Shown here: positions 55,331-64,000 of the stretch, in pieces
Numbering within the stretch: position 1 is the stretch's first letter
Layout: each line of letters opens with the position of its first letter
IMG/VR virus record: IMGVR_UViG_2698537050_000003
Location: 20,010 to 84,009 of that record
Length of the DNA stretch: 64,000 bases
DNA from: a virus
Taxonomy: Duplodnaviria; Caudoviricetes
Reading direction: 5' to 3' (one strand)
Translations under genes and position numbers: made by a program
Notes under the pieces: model-generated
What the model saw: only the letters and a program-made list of their open reading frames with translations
Databases searched by the model: none
What the model was told of the DNA's origin: nothing

Positions 55331-55543
55331 CGCGCGCAGCCTTGGCCTGCAATGACGGTCATCCGTGGCCGCGATCTTCTCCACTGTGCGGCCGGACACG
55401 CCCAGCGCGGTCGTGCGATTGCATTTACAGAGCACAGGGCATCCCGACGGCGAAGGGGCAACGGCCAATGGTCGGCGGTGCAGGTTGCGCGGGTGCTGGA
55501 GCGCATTTAAGCTTCTTTGGGGGCACATAGGCCATGGCTGCAG

Positions 55544-56110
55544 ATGGGGGCAAATTTGGAAATCGTCGGGGGCTTCTTTTTAGCCGGACTGTTGTTGTGG
55601 TGGATCATCAAGTCCGACATGAAGCAGATGGCATTTCAAGAGAGGATGCGGGCGGAGAATGCCAAGCGCGACGCTCGAGCTAAGCAAGATCGCAATGAAG
55701 CCCTTGCCATTCACAGGAGCGGCCGGGCTTATGCAGTTCGTCGGGATAGGCACCTACAGTGGCTGCGAGATCAGTGCGCGAAGGCGCAGGATTCTCGTGC
55801 GCTTATACCAGTCGCAACGGTAGCCAATCTGTTTGGTTGGGAGGGCATCCGAAACTTCGATGGTGAGGTTGAATACCGCGAATACTACGGAATGGTCTGC
55901 GCCGGTAATGAGGTTTATGCCTCCTCCAATGAGGAGAAACCGTTTCCAGAGCAGTCGACTGGCGCCTTTCGAGCGTCGGATTTAGTCTCATGGATCGAAA
56001 CGACGCGTGCCGCCTGCGACGTTGGAAACGAGGATTGGCTTGGCAAGAATTGGAACAGCGTCGATTGGGATGCCGAGCGGAGCTACGATGAATGGCTCAT
56101 TAAACAATGA
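55544..56110 (+). CDS. Membrane-anchored hypothetical protein
   Basis: N-terminal TM then soluble domain. Confidence 0.55.
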   Translation: MGANLEIVGGFFLAGLLLWWIIKSDMKQMAFQERMRAENAKRDARAKQDRNEALAIHRSGRAYAVRRDRHLQWLRDQCAKAQDSRALIPVATVANLFGWEGIRNFDGEVEYREYYGMVCAGNEVYASSNEEKPFPEQSTGAFRASDLVSWIETTRAACDVGNEDWLGKNWNSVDWDAERSYDEWLIKQ

Positions 56111-56516
56111 TGGCGCGGCAGCCACGCGCGCTGCTGAAAGCTGAAACGTCGCGCGCTCATTGACAGAGTTTCTGTTTCTGTCGGAAATCGCTTGCAACGG
56201 CCTTCGCAGCCTCGCCGGTGCGTTTCGCGCCGTGTCGGGTATCTCACAGCGTCCAACCCGTTTTATCGCATGGGCGCGCCCGACTGCCACGGCGCGCAAA
56301 CGAATAGAAGCGAAAGTAGGCGAAGCACCGCTCGGCATCACACGGCATCGCCGATTTTATTTTCCGAAATTAGTTTCCGAAATTAAATTCGCTCGCGCGC
56401 AAAATCTTTGTCGCCCCGATCACGGGCCGAGGCCTTGCGGAATTGCACGACTCACACGATCTTTGAAGGAAATCAGAATCAAATTGTGGAAATCAGAATT
56501 CAATTTTCATTCGTTC

Positions 56517-56626
56517 TGACGGGGTCCTGGCGGCCACCAGACGAATTCTCCACAGCATCGCGCTTGAAGGGGTCCTGGCGGCCACCGAGCGTTTAAACCG
56601 CACCTGATGGGGTCCTGACGGCCACC
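56517..56626 (+). repeat. Three 22-bp direct repeats upstream of the terminase genes
   Basis: TGAnGGGGTCCTGRCGGCCACC at 56517, 56565 and 56605. Confidence 0.85.
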
Positions 56627-56666
56627 GGGTTATCCACGAAACCGGCATTTAGCTGGCGGAGACCCC

Positions 56667-57068
56667 GTGACCTCGACCACGCAATCATCTCAACCTGTGC
56701 AAAATGGCGGCGCCCGCCCTGGTGCTGGCCGCCCGGCTGGTTCCCGGTCGGTTCGCGTGGTCATGCGCGAGAAACTGATCGCGGCTTACGTTGATGCCCT
56801 CGGCGGCAGTGCTCGCGTGGGCCCGATCGTGATGCAGGACATCGAGCGCGCCGTCGACTTGGTCCTGCTCGCCCGGGAGATGCGCACCAGTGTGCGCCAA
56901 GGCTCTGCGAAGGTGTCCGATTTGACGCGGCTCGAGGGCGCGGCCGATCGGGCGGTGCGGCGCCTCAACCTTCCGGCACCTGGCAGTGCCGCGCCGGTTT
57001 TGGACCTGCACGACCATGTAGCCAGGCGCGCGGCCGAGCGCGCCAATCCGCCAACGGAGGGTGACTGA
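56667..57068 (+). CDS. Putative terminase small subunit
   Basis: NGGARPGAGRP N-terminal motif; directly upstream of TerL; GGAG RBS. Confidence 0.6.
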   Translation: MTSTTQSSQPVQNGGARPGAGRPAGSRSVRVVMREKLIAAYVDALGGSARVGPIVMQDIERAVDLVLLAREMRTSVRQGSAKVSDLTRLEGAADRAVRRLNLPAPGSAAPVLDLHDHVARRAAERANPPTEGD

Positions 57069-57070
57069 AG

Positions 57071-58573
57071 ATGGCCGCGGCTCACTCCAAAGCTAGACGA
57101 GCCGATCAAGAACAAAGGCCGCCTATGGTCGAAGCCGCCGCGGTCCTTTCGATCATCGATGTTTGCCAAGATCCCGACCTGTTCGGGCCCTGGTTCAAAG
57201 GGCAGAGCTGGGCGGCCTGGTTCGTCTTCCTTCGCGTCATGTTTGGGTTGCCTCTCGACGAGGCTGGGCTGCAATTGTTTCAGGCGTGCACCGGTCGCAG
57301 CGCGCCGTCGCCTTCGGGTTATCTCGAGGCGTCGCTGATCATCGGCAGGCGCGGCGGCAAGAGTCTAATTCTGGCTCTGATCGCAACTTATTTGGCCTGT
57401 TTTTTCGATTGGAGACCGTTTCTCACCGGCGGCGAGCGTGGCACGATCATGGTGATTGCGGCCGATCGGCGCCAGGCGACGGTCATCTTCAGATATCTGC
57501 GGGAGATGCTCGGCATCCCGCTGCTCGCGGGAATGATCCAGCGTGAGACAGCCGACACGCTCGAGTTAAACAACGGCGTCACCATCGAGATTCAGACGGC
57601 GAGTTTCCGGACGATCAGAGGACGCACCGTTGTCGCCGCGCTGGCCGATGAGTTGGCTTTTTGGATGAGTGACGACTCGGCAAATCCCGACGTCGAGATC
57701 CTCGGCGCGATCAAGCCGGCGATGGCGACCATTCCGAAGGCGCTGATGTTGAAGGCGAGCAGCCCTTACGCCAGAAGGGGCGCGTTGTGGGCCGATTACC
57801 GGAAGCACTACGCCAAAGACGAAAGCACGACGCTGGTATGGGTGGCCAGCACGAGGCGTATGAATCCATGCGTGCCTCAGAGTTTCATTGACGCGGCCTA
57901 TGAGGACGATCCTGCGAGTGCAGCGGCGGAATACGACGCGCAATTTCGAACCGACGTTGAAGGCTACGTCACCCGCGAGGCCATCGAGGCGGTGACGAGT
58001 GTGGGCGTGTTCGAACGGCCCTTTATCACAGGGCAGAAATATTTCGCGTTTTGCGATCCGAGCGGCGGTGCAGCGGATTCAATGACGCTCGCGATCGGGC
58101 ATTTGGAGCGCGGGAAGATCGAATCGGACAAGACGGCGGCTGTCGACGCGATCCGCGAGCGGCGCGCGCCGTTTTCGCCGGAAAACGTGGTCGACGAGTT
58201 TGTCCAGTTGCTCCAGATTTACAAAATCACAGCCGTGACCGGCGATAGATATGGCAGCAATTGGGTTTCGGAGCGTTTTCGCATACATGGCGTTAGGTAC
58301 GAGCCCGCCGAGAAACCGAAGAGCGATCTCTACAAGGACGTGCTGCCGGCAATCAATTCGGGGCAGGTGGATTTTCTCGATCACCCGCGCATGACGGCGC
58401 AATTTTGCTCGCTGGAGCGGCGCACGGCGCGCGGCGGCAGAGATTCGATCGATCACCCGCCGCACGGAAGAGACGATATTGCAAACGCAGTTGCGGGCCT
58501 TTGCTGCCTGATCCGCGCCGACAGCAACGCTACGAAAACCCGCTTTATCCACCTCGATTACATGGGGAGATGA
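57071..58573 (+). CDS. Terminase large subunit
   Basis: GRRGGKS Walker A, ALADELAFW Walker B, ASSP, FCDPSGG, HGRDDIANA nuclease motifs. Confidence 0.88.
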   Translation: MAAAHSKARRADQEQRPPMVEAAAVLSIIDVCQDPDLFGPWFKGQSWAAWFVFLRVMFGLPLDEAGLQLFQACTGRSAPSPSGYLEASLIIGRRGGKSLILALIATYLACFFDWRPFLTGGERGTIMVIAADRRQATVIFRYLREMLGIPLLAGMIQRETADTLELNNGVTIEIQTASFRTIRGRTVVAALADELAFWMSDDSANPDVEILGAIKPAMATIPKALMLKASSPYARRGALWADYRKHYAKDESTTLVWVASTRRMNPCVPQSFIDAAYEDDPASAAAEYDAQFRTDVEGYVTREAIEAVTSVGVFERPFITGQKYFAFCDPSGGAADSMTLAIGHLERGKIESDKTAAVDAIRERRAPFSPENVVDEFVQLLQIYKITAVTGDRYGSNWVSERFRIHGVRYEPAEKPKSDLYKDVLPAINSGQVDFLDHPRMTAQFCSLERRTARGGRDSIDHPPHGRDDIANAVAGLCCLIRADSNATKTRFIHLDYMGR

Positions 58574-58576
58574 AAA

Positions 58577-58972
58577 ATGAAAACCGTTTCCGAAATGTCT
58601 GAGACCGAAAAAGCCGCGAAGCTCGCCGACGGGCTGAAGGTCGCAGCGCAAAGGGCCCGCCTGGTCGATCTCGATTGGCTGAAGCTCATCGATACGAGCA
58701 AGGTCACGCTGGAGGAAGGCCCGTATGGCGTAACCGTGAAGGGCGCGGACGAGGTGATGGCCTCGCTCAAGATGGAAAAGCCGTTTCTGTTCGGCAAGCA
58801 TGCTCGTGATATGTCCGAAGCCGAAATGGCCGCATGGTGGAAAGATCACGCGCGGAAATTCCCTGACGGCGGACCACCGCGCGCGCCGATGCCGACGGAT
58901 CGTCATATGCGCGATATGTCGGAAAACGAGCGCCAGGAATGGTTGCGCGAATATAGTCGGAGGATCGGATGA
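58577..58972 (+). CDS. Hypothetical, scaffold-like protein with internal HxRDMSExE repeat
   Basis: LKMEKPFLFG; HARDMSEAE and HMRDMSENE. Confidence 0.55.
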   Translation: MKTVSEMSETEKAAKLADGLKVAAQRARLVDLDWLKLIDTSKVTLEEGPYGVTVKGADEVMASLKMEKPFLFGKHARDMSEAEMAAWWKDHARKFPDGGPPRAPMPTDRHMRDMSENERQEWLREYSRRIG

Positions 58973-59160
58973 TCGAAACGCAGCAGCAGCAGCAATACAG
59001 CCTTCACCTGACCGGCCATTTTTACTGGTACGACCACACCAAGTCGGGCCTGTCTTACGAGTTTGAAGAAGGCGCTGTCGTCACCGACGCTAACGCCATC
59101 GCGCGGCTGGAAGAATTCGGCGCGCCGGTCGAGCGGATCTTCCTTAACCCCCAACATTAG
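58969..59160 (+). CDS. Small hypothetical protein
   Basis: ATGA overlap, GGAGG RBS. Confidence 0.5.
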   Translation: MIETQQQQQYSLHLTGHFYWYDHTKSGLSYEFEEGAVVTDANAIARLEEFGAPVERIFLNPQH

Positions 59161-59173
59161 GAGCGCACAGCAA

Positions 59174-59542
59174 GTGGATTCGTCATATCAAAACAATCTC
59201 ACGGCAACCGCTGGCGGCCTCCAGCTCGGCGCGACGCCGATCACCCGCACCTATTCTCGGTTCACTACCGTTGTCACCGCTGGCGACAGCGCGGTGCTGC
59301 CTCCCGCGGGCCCTGGCCTGGAATACATCGTAAAGAACGCCCATGCGACCAACTCCATGAACATTTTCCCAGCCGCGGTAACTCAAGGAGGTTTTCGCGG
59401 CGACGGGCCGAATATCCCCGCCGGCGACTCGATCAACGCGCTCGCGGCCAACGCCGCATTCGCGCTTGCGGCCGGCAAGGCCGTGCGGTTCTTCTGCGTG
59501 GCTAACAACGGCATTTGGGACACGCTCCCGACCATTCCGTGA
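59174..59542 (+). CDS. Beta-rich putative virion/decoration protein
   Basis: AGGAG RBS then GTG; TATAGG..GATPIT...TTVVTAGDSAVLP pattern seen in phage structural proteins. Confidence 0.5.
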   Translation: MDSSYQNNLTATAGGLQLGATPITRTYSRFTTVVTAGDSAVLPPAGPGLEYIVKNAHATNSMNIFPAAVTQGGFRGDGPNIPAGDSINALAANAAFALAAGKAVRFFCVANNGIWDTLPTIP

Positions 59543-59571
59543 TGAGCGGTGATCCCGAAAGGAAAGACCCA

Positions 59572-60207
59572 ATGAAAACCCAAACCCCCGAAGATACCGT
59601 CGCCGCAGCCGAGGCAGCCGTGGCCGACTGGCGCGCCGAGCTTGCTCAGATCGATGCATCGATCGCGGCCGCAAAAGACACCATCAGGATCGCCAAGCAA
59701 CAGCGCGAGCAAAATACCTTCTTGGCGTCGACAGCCGACGCGCGTGCGATGGGCATAGTCGAGAAAGCGAAAGAACAGCAGCACGAGGCCGAGCAGCGCC
59801 TGGCGGATCTTGTCAATCAGCGCTGGCCTGCGGCATGGCGGTCGCTTCAAGCGGCAGAGCAGGCGGAGGCGAATGCGAAGCGCGCGGCCGCAAGACCGCA
59901 CATCGAGGCGGTGAAGCGCGAGGTCATAGCGGCGGATGTGCGGATAGATAAGAGGAACGCCGAAAACGCAGCGGATGTTGAACTTCGCAAGCGACTTATG
60001 CTCGAGCTGCAGTCGTATGATACGGGCGACAGTGGCATGGTGAGCCGGCTCGAAGCTTCCGTGGGTTTGCAGCGGATCGCCAACGCGATGCCGCTAAGCC
60101 TGCGAGCGTTGCCTGCGCCGACAGCAAAACACGTCATCCCGCTCGCCGAGTCGGACGGGCAATATTTGAATCTGCCGCCGGAGCCCGAGAAGGAGAAGGC
60201 GGCATGA
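59572..60207 (+). CDS. Coiled-coil hypothetical protein
   Basis: AAGGA RBS; Ala/Glu/Gln heptads. Confidence 0.6.
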   Translation: MKTQTPEDTVAAAEAAVADWRAELAQIDASIAAAKDTIRIAKQQREQNTFLASTADARAMGIVEKAKEQQHEAEQRLADLVNQRWPAAWRSLQAAEQAEANAKRAAARPHIEAVKREVIAADVRIDKRNAENAADVELRKRLMLELQSYDTGDSGMVSRLEASVGLQRIANAMPLSLRALPAPTAKHVIPLAESDGQYLNLPPEPEKEKAA

Positions 60208-60325
60208 TGATGCGAGAATCCCGGCCGCTGACCGCAGTCTCGTTTTTCTGGATGGCGAGAATGCGCCCGCGGTCGGGTAGTCGCGGCGGCCGGTTACTCC
60301 TGCTAGCCGCCGCGACGTTTTCCAA

Positions 60326-60700
60326 ATGAGGGAATATATGGGCGAGCACCAATATCGAGCACGCCGCGAGCGCCAAATTGGCGAGGAAATCGCCACGGAG
60401 CTGGCCAAGGCGTCGGGGTTGGCAATGCTGCCGCCGGAAGCGTCGACGGAAAACCAAACCGTCGTTGAAGAGATATTCACTCGTGTATTCGATCAGTATC
60501 AGATCAATGAAGCCGAAGGCGACCGCATTCTAGAGCATACGTGGAAGGCGCTCGCGCGATTGAAATTCGCCGAACGCAATCGCCAGCTCGACGCCGCGAC
60601 GCGGCAAGAGAAAACATATGTTGACGAAGGATCTCATCCACTGGTCGAAGGAACCGCTGCGGGAAATCCACAGCGTTCGCCAGACGATGCTGCATCGTAA
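60326..60700 (+). CDS. Hypothetical protein
   Basis: Open frame within the operon. Confidence 0.45.
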   Translation: MREYMGEHQYRARRERQIGEEIATELAKASGLAMLPPEASTENQTVVEEIFTRVFDQYQINEAEGDRILEHTWKALARLKFAERNRQLDAATRQEKTYVDEGSHPLVEGTAAGNPQRSPDDAAS

Positions 60701-61091
60701 GCCGGCGGGGCTCTGGTTCGCGATCGGCGACGGGCCGGACGGCTGGCGCGCATGGTGTCAGGCGTACAGGTGCACGCGAGCGAGCTTCAACTTCCTGACC
60801 GAGATCATTCTAAAACCAAGCGCCCGGATGCTCATCCTCTCGGATGCTGCTGGAATCGACGACATCACCGCCAAATACGGCAGCGACGGATCGCGTCTCA
60901 TCGACTGGCCGGCGATCGCCAGACGCTTCCAGGGCATAATCATCGCTCCATGGGTCTTCGAGCGTAGCTATACGCGCCGCGCTGGATGGTATGAGACATG
61001 GGATTGTGACTGTGGTTGTGTCTGGGATGCCGATGCAGTTGCGCGGCTGCGATGTTCGCGCAATCTTCTTCTAGCTGATGAGGCGACGTGA
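60618..61091 (+). CDS. Trp-rich phage hypothetical protein
   Basis: KPAGLWF...W.AWC...IDWPAIARRFQGI...WYETWDCDCGCVWD. Confidence 0.6.
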   Translation: MLTKDLIHWSKEPLREIHSVRQTMLHRKPAGLWFAIGDGPDGWRAWCQAYRCTRASFNFLTEIILKPSARMLILSDAAGIDDITAKYGSDGSRLIDWPAIARRFQGIIIAPWVFERSYTRRAGWYETWDCDCGCVWDADAVARLRCSRNLLLADEAT

Positions 61092-61645
61092 TGCGTGAAT
61101 TCAATCTTTCATCCTTCGCGGCCTTCTGCTCGATCGGCGGTGAGCTGATGCACGACATCGAGATCGCGAAGAAAACCGCGATCCATGTCATGGCGCAGAT
61201 GATCGCGGCCGAAGCAAAGCGCGTGCTCGGTACGTATGACTACAAATGGACGCAGCTTGCCGCCGCGACGCAGGCCGATCGCATGCAGGCAGGCTTCCCG
61301 GCCAACGAGCCGCTATTGCGCACCGGCGAATTGCGCGACTCGATTGGGTACAAGGTGATCTCGGATCATGAAGCCGAGGTCGGATCGAACCTCGAAATCG
61401 CGGTCTACCAAGAACTAGGGACGGTCCACATTCCGCCGCGCTCATTCCTCGCTGCCGCAGCTGCGCACAAGGGCGAAGATGCCGCGAAGGTCGCCGGCAA
61501 GATCATCGCCGACGCGATCAGAGAGGCGAACCATATCCTCCACATCGAGACCGAGATCTGGCGGATTGCGATCGATGCCGCGAAGGAGCTCGGCCACACC
61601 ATTCGCGAAGCCAAGGAAAACGTCGATCCAGACAAGGTGCGATGA
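61088..61645 (+). CDS. Phage virion morphogenesis/HK97-gp10-like protein
   Basis: PLLRTGELRDSI...AEVGSN..AVYQELGT.HIPPRSFL. Confidence 0.75.
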   Translation: MMREFNLSSFAAFCSIGGELMHDIEIAKKTAIHVMAQMIAAEAKRVLGTYDYKWTQLAAATQADRMQAGFPANEPLLRTGELRDSIGYKVISDHEAEVGSNLEIAVYQELGTVHIPPRSFLAAAAAHKGEDAAKVAGKIIADAIREANHILHIETEIWRIAIDAAKELGHTIREAKENVDPDKVR

Positions 61646-61688
61646 CGCCCGGAGCGTACCCGATGATGACGGCAAGCAAACAACGGCG

Positions 61689-61940
61689 ATGATCGATCAG
61701 GCCGAATTCGTGCAGAGATGCGTCGCCGCAGCTAACGAACTCGCGCTGCTCTATGTCGGCGAACCAGAGGAGAAGATGTTGGCGGCGCTGCATCAGGCTC
61801 GAGCCAATCTCGAGGCGAAGCTTGCCGAGCTGTTCGGCCCCGACGTCGCCGCCATGATGGCGGAGGCGTTCGTCGCGGCTGTCATCGGTCGCAAGCGCGA
61901 GATCGAGGCCGCCGGCGATACGACGCCGGTGCTGAACTAA
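61689..61940 (+). CDS. Hypothetical protein
   Basis: MIDQAEFVQRCVAAANELALLYVGE...; high-GC codon usage. Confidence 0.5.
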   Translation: MIDQAEFVQRCVAAANELALLYVGEPEEKMLAALHQARANLEAKLAELFGPDVAAMMAEAFVAAVIGRKREIEAAGDTTPVLN

Positions 61941-61970
61941 ATGGGGGACGCGTTGTGGGCTCGCTCAAAA

Positions 61971-62876
61971 CTACGTTGGTTGAGAGACAGGGCGGCGTTG
62001 CTCTATGCGGTGGACGTTGGTGGCTTCATGCAGGCAGTCATTGTCGGCTGCGTTATGTTTTTCGGTGGACTCAAACCATATGAGGCAGTTGCCGGATATA
62101 TCCCCCTCGATCCAGACCCTAAAACCGAACTCGGTTCTGTGGATCGTGGGGCTAAAAACATCCTGATATTCCGCCCATCCCCAAATCACCAAAGCCGTGT
62201 CACTATCGCCAACCAGGTGGATGTCGCAGACGGGGATAAGCGGTGGGTTCACGCTTTGGCTCGGTCCGATAAGACCGTGGAAGCTCTGCGCATTCGGCTC
62301 ATCGTGGAAATCGAACGTTTCAAGCGGCTGCTTGCTCAGATCCAGAACATCATGGCTGACTTTGGCGATGAATCGCCGCGTTCTGGTGCTTCCGAAATTT
62401 TTCCACGCGATTTTAATCTTCCGCTGCATGTTGTGAGTGCCGGGAACATTGAGGCTCGGCAAATCGATCAAATCCAAAAATACATAGGCCCTCAATTGCC
62501 GTTGGGCGGTGTCCTTCATCACATCAATAGTTTGACCGAGTCTGCGAGCTTGAACGATAAAAGCTATGAGTTGGAGCACGGCGATAAACGCAAGAACTAC
62601 GGTAACGCCGAACATGTACCAATCGGTTGGCGGCTTTTCGTCGTTTGTTTTGCTTGGCTGTGCGGCCTCAGTGCGATCTTGTGGGGGAGTAAGTACCCGA
62701 ACAACCAAAGGAGAATTGTCAGTGCCGCGCTGATCGGTGGGGGGCTGCTTTTGAATGTCTTTGGACTGGGCTTGTGGCTCGTTACGCTTGGGGACCTCCT
62801 TTGATTGTCCCCAAGAATCCGACGCGAATGCCGCCACTAGGGTTAGCGCAATCAATAGGCTGCGAAGAAGCTTCAT
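61971..62876 (-). CDS. Signal-peptide plus TM hypothetical protein (moron)
   Basis: MKLLRSLLIALTLVAAFA signal; TM followed by TAQRQLRAYV...WKNFGSTR...WGWAEYQDVF. Confidence 0.7.
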   Translation of the reverse strand: MKLLRSLLIALTLVAAFASDSWGQSKEVPKRNEPQAQSKDIQKQPPTDQRGTDNSPLVVRVLTPPQDRTEAAQPSKTNDEKPPTDWYMFGVTVVLAFIAVLQLIAFIVQARRLGQTIDVMKDTAQRQLRAYVFLDLIDLPSLNVPGTHNMQRKIKIAWKNFGSTRTRRFIAKVSHDVLDLSKQPLETFDFHDEPNAQSFHGLIGPSQSVNPPLIPVCDIHLVGDSDTALVIWGWAEYQDVFSPTIHRTEFGFRVWIEGDISGNCLIWFESTEKHNAADNDCLHEATNVHRIEQRRPVSQPT

Positions 62877-63322
62877 GCGCCCTCGATCGCCATTTGAAAA
62901 TGTGCTCAATAAAGCGGCCATTATAGCGGCCCGCTCCGACGGGCGAAAGTGCTTCTGATAAATCATTTCAGTCGCCATCGCGCGCTGTGCGGCGCTCATG
63001 GGGGCTGACGGCAGCTTTAGCGTTTAGATGAGCAATCCAGTGGTTTGTGGCTGTGCCTGGCGCACATTCATGCCCTGCTTGCCCGCAAGCCGGTTGCCCT
63101 GACAGCTGGCCAGCAACAACAGTGCGAGAGCCAAGATTGCCAAGATGCGCATTGGCTGATCTCCCGAGACCAGAGTGCATCAGAGCGCAACTATTGGGCC
63201 GGAGCAATAGAAACATGAGGCGCGCGTCAGGGGCGAGGCCGTGGATGCATTCCGCGCTGGCGGGGTCGCCGCTACGGCGCGGGCCTATATTCACAGTTTG
63301 CACCATTCCGAGAGCCGCGCGA

Positions 63323-64000
63323 TCACGGTTTGTCTTTCCTCTGGGGCCGCCCTGGGATTTTGAGGTCTTTCGTTTGAAAAGGATGCACGTAAAGCGCAGC
63401 GATCAGGGCTTCAGTAATGTCTAACAGCGCGTTGAGGTCACGCTGGCTAGGTCTATAATTCCGATGTATCGCGGCATGGCCAAATTCTAGAAGGTGGTTC
63501 TTAAACGTGTCTTCGCTTGCTTTGGCGACGTGACCGGCAGCGAGGAACCTTTTCACATTTTCGCCGATAGACCCGGAATCGCCAACCTTCTCGATCATTA
63601 TGTGCTCAAGCAACGCTCGGATACCCATCGCAGCAAGCCTGCGTGAATCATTGTGAAGCGCAGAGTAAATTTCTCTCAAGAGCGCTATGATCGGATTGTC
63701 CCAATCAAAAAGGAACGGACCGTCGGAAATCCAGGAGGGCTCTCGGCGGGAGACTGCTGGCGGATAGTAAACGATTTCGATGTTTGGCCTGCCTTGTTCG
63801 TCGGTGTCGTGGTCGTTCCATCTATCGTGTCGCAGGTGGATTTTCTCGCAACCACGGCATCGTATCAGTTGGTAGGTGTCTCCCCCAACATATCCGGAGT
63901 CATCATCCTCCCAGCGCGTTTCGACCTTCTTAATGACCTCATGGTTGCGGGACGGGCCACAAGAATTGCAGTTCGCCTTTATGTCGGTGCCGTCGCTCAT
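63323..64000 (-). CDS. DUF4145 (HEPN-like) protein with N-terminal Zn ribbon
   Basis: CNSC..CRGC; LLREIYSAL...LAAMGIRALLE...FGHAAIH. Confidence 0.75.
   Translation of the reverse strand: MSDGTDIKANCNSCGPSRNHEVIKKVETRWEDDDSGYVGGDTYQLIRCRGCEKIHLRHDRWNDHDTDEQGRPNIEIVYYPPAVSRREPSWISDGPFLFDWDNPIIALLREIYSALHNDSRRLAAMGIRALLEHIMIEKVGDSGSIGENVKRFLAAGHVAKASEDTFKNHLLEFGHAAIHRNYRPSQRDLNALLDITEALIAALYVHPFQTKDLKIPGRPQRKDKP

Larger units (their letters stand above)
52555..64000. mobile_element. Phage-satellite-like or defective phage element integrated at tRNA-Trp; continues beyond the window
   Basis: Starts at the tRNA 3' end; helicase, recombinase, terminase and morphogenesis genes; no duplicate tRNA 3' end seen in the window. 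Confidence 0.7.

Noticed and set aside
56517-56626. Mini CRISPR array
   Set aside because: Only three 22-bp repeats, spacers of 26 and 18 bp, and no cas genes; the position before terminase fits binding sites better.

Overview
GC-rich alphaproteobacterial DNA that looks like Bradyrhizobium (judged from its repeat families and gene content). Three parts. (1) 1-~47.3 kb is the right portion of a prophage with a Mu-like contractile tail: tube, frameshifted chaperone, tape measure with a lysozyme domain, baseplate, HNH and two fibres. Two cargo blocks (14.6-20 kb and 23.9-42.2 kb) carry AbiV, a membrane patatin, a type I R-M system, an MtlR/HEPN-like protein, an ABC-three-component/Lamassu-type system, AIPR and a LigD-type ligase/SRAP module. 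A leftward early operon ends in a tyrosine integrase. (2) 47.3-52.55 kb is host backbone: two SDRs, a histidine phosphatase, a serine hydrolase, a lipoprotein, REP-like palindromes and tRNA-Trp. (3) 52.55-64 kb is a second, satellite-like element at tRNA-Trp with an AAA helicase, iteron-like repeats, a serine recombinase and TerS/TerL, but no recognisable portal or major capsid in the window. Best novelty candidate: the Lamassu-type operon has an effector-less LmuA-like subunit whose N-terminal motif (QQGAHAHGDIVARDK) is repeated at the C-terminus of a 56-aa membrane micro-protein encoded immediately upstream (QSRARAGGDIVGRDK). This suggests amyloid-type signalling from an SMC sensor to a membrane effector. 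Second candidate: a family of tandem ~28-bp dyad sites bracketing single cargo genes like cassettes. All family calls come from motif recognition by eye; no database search was run.
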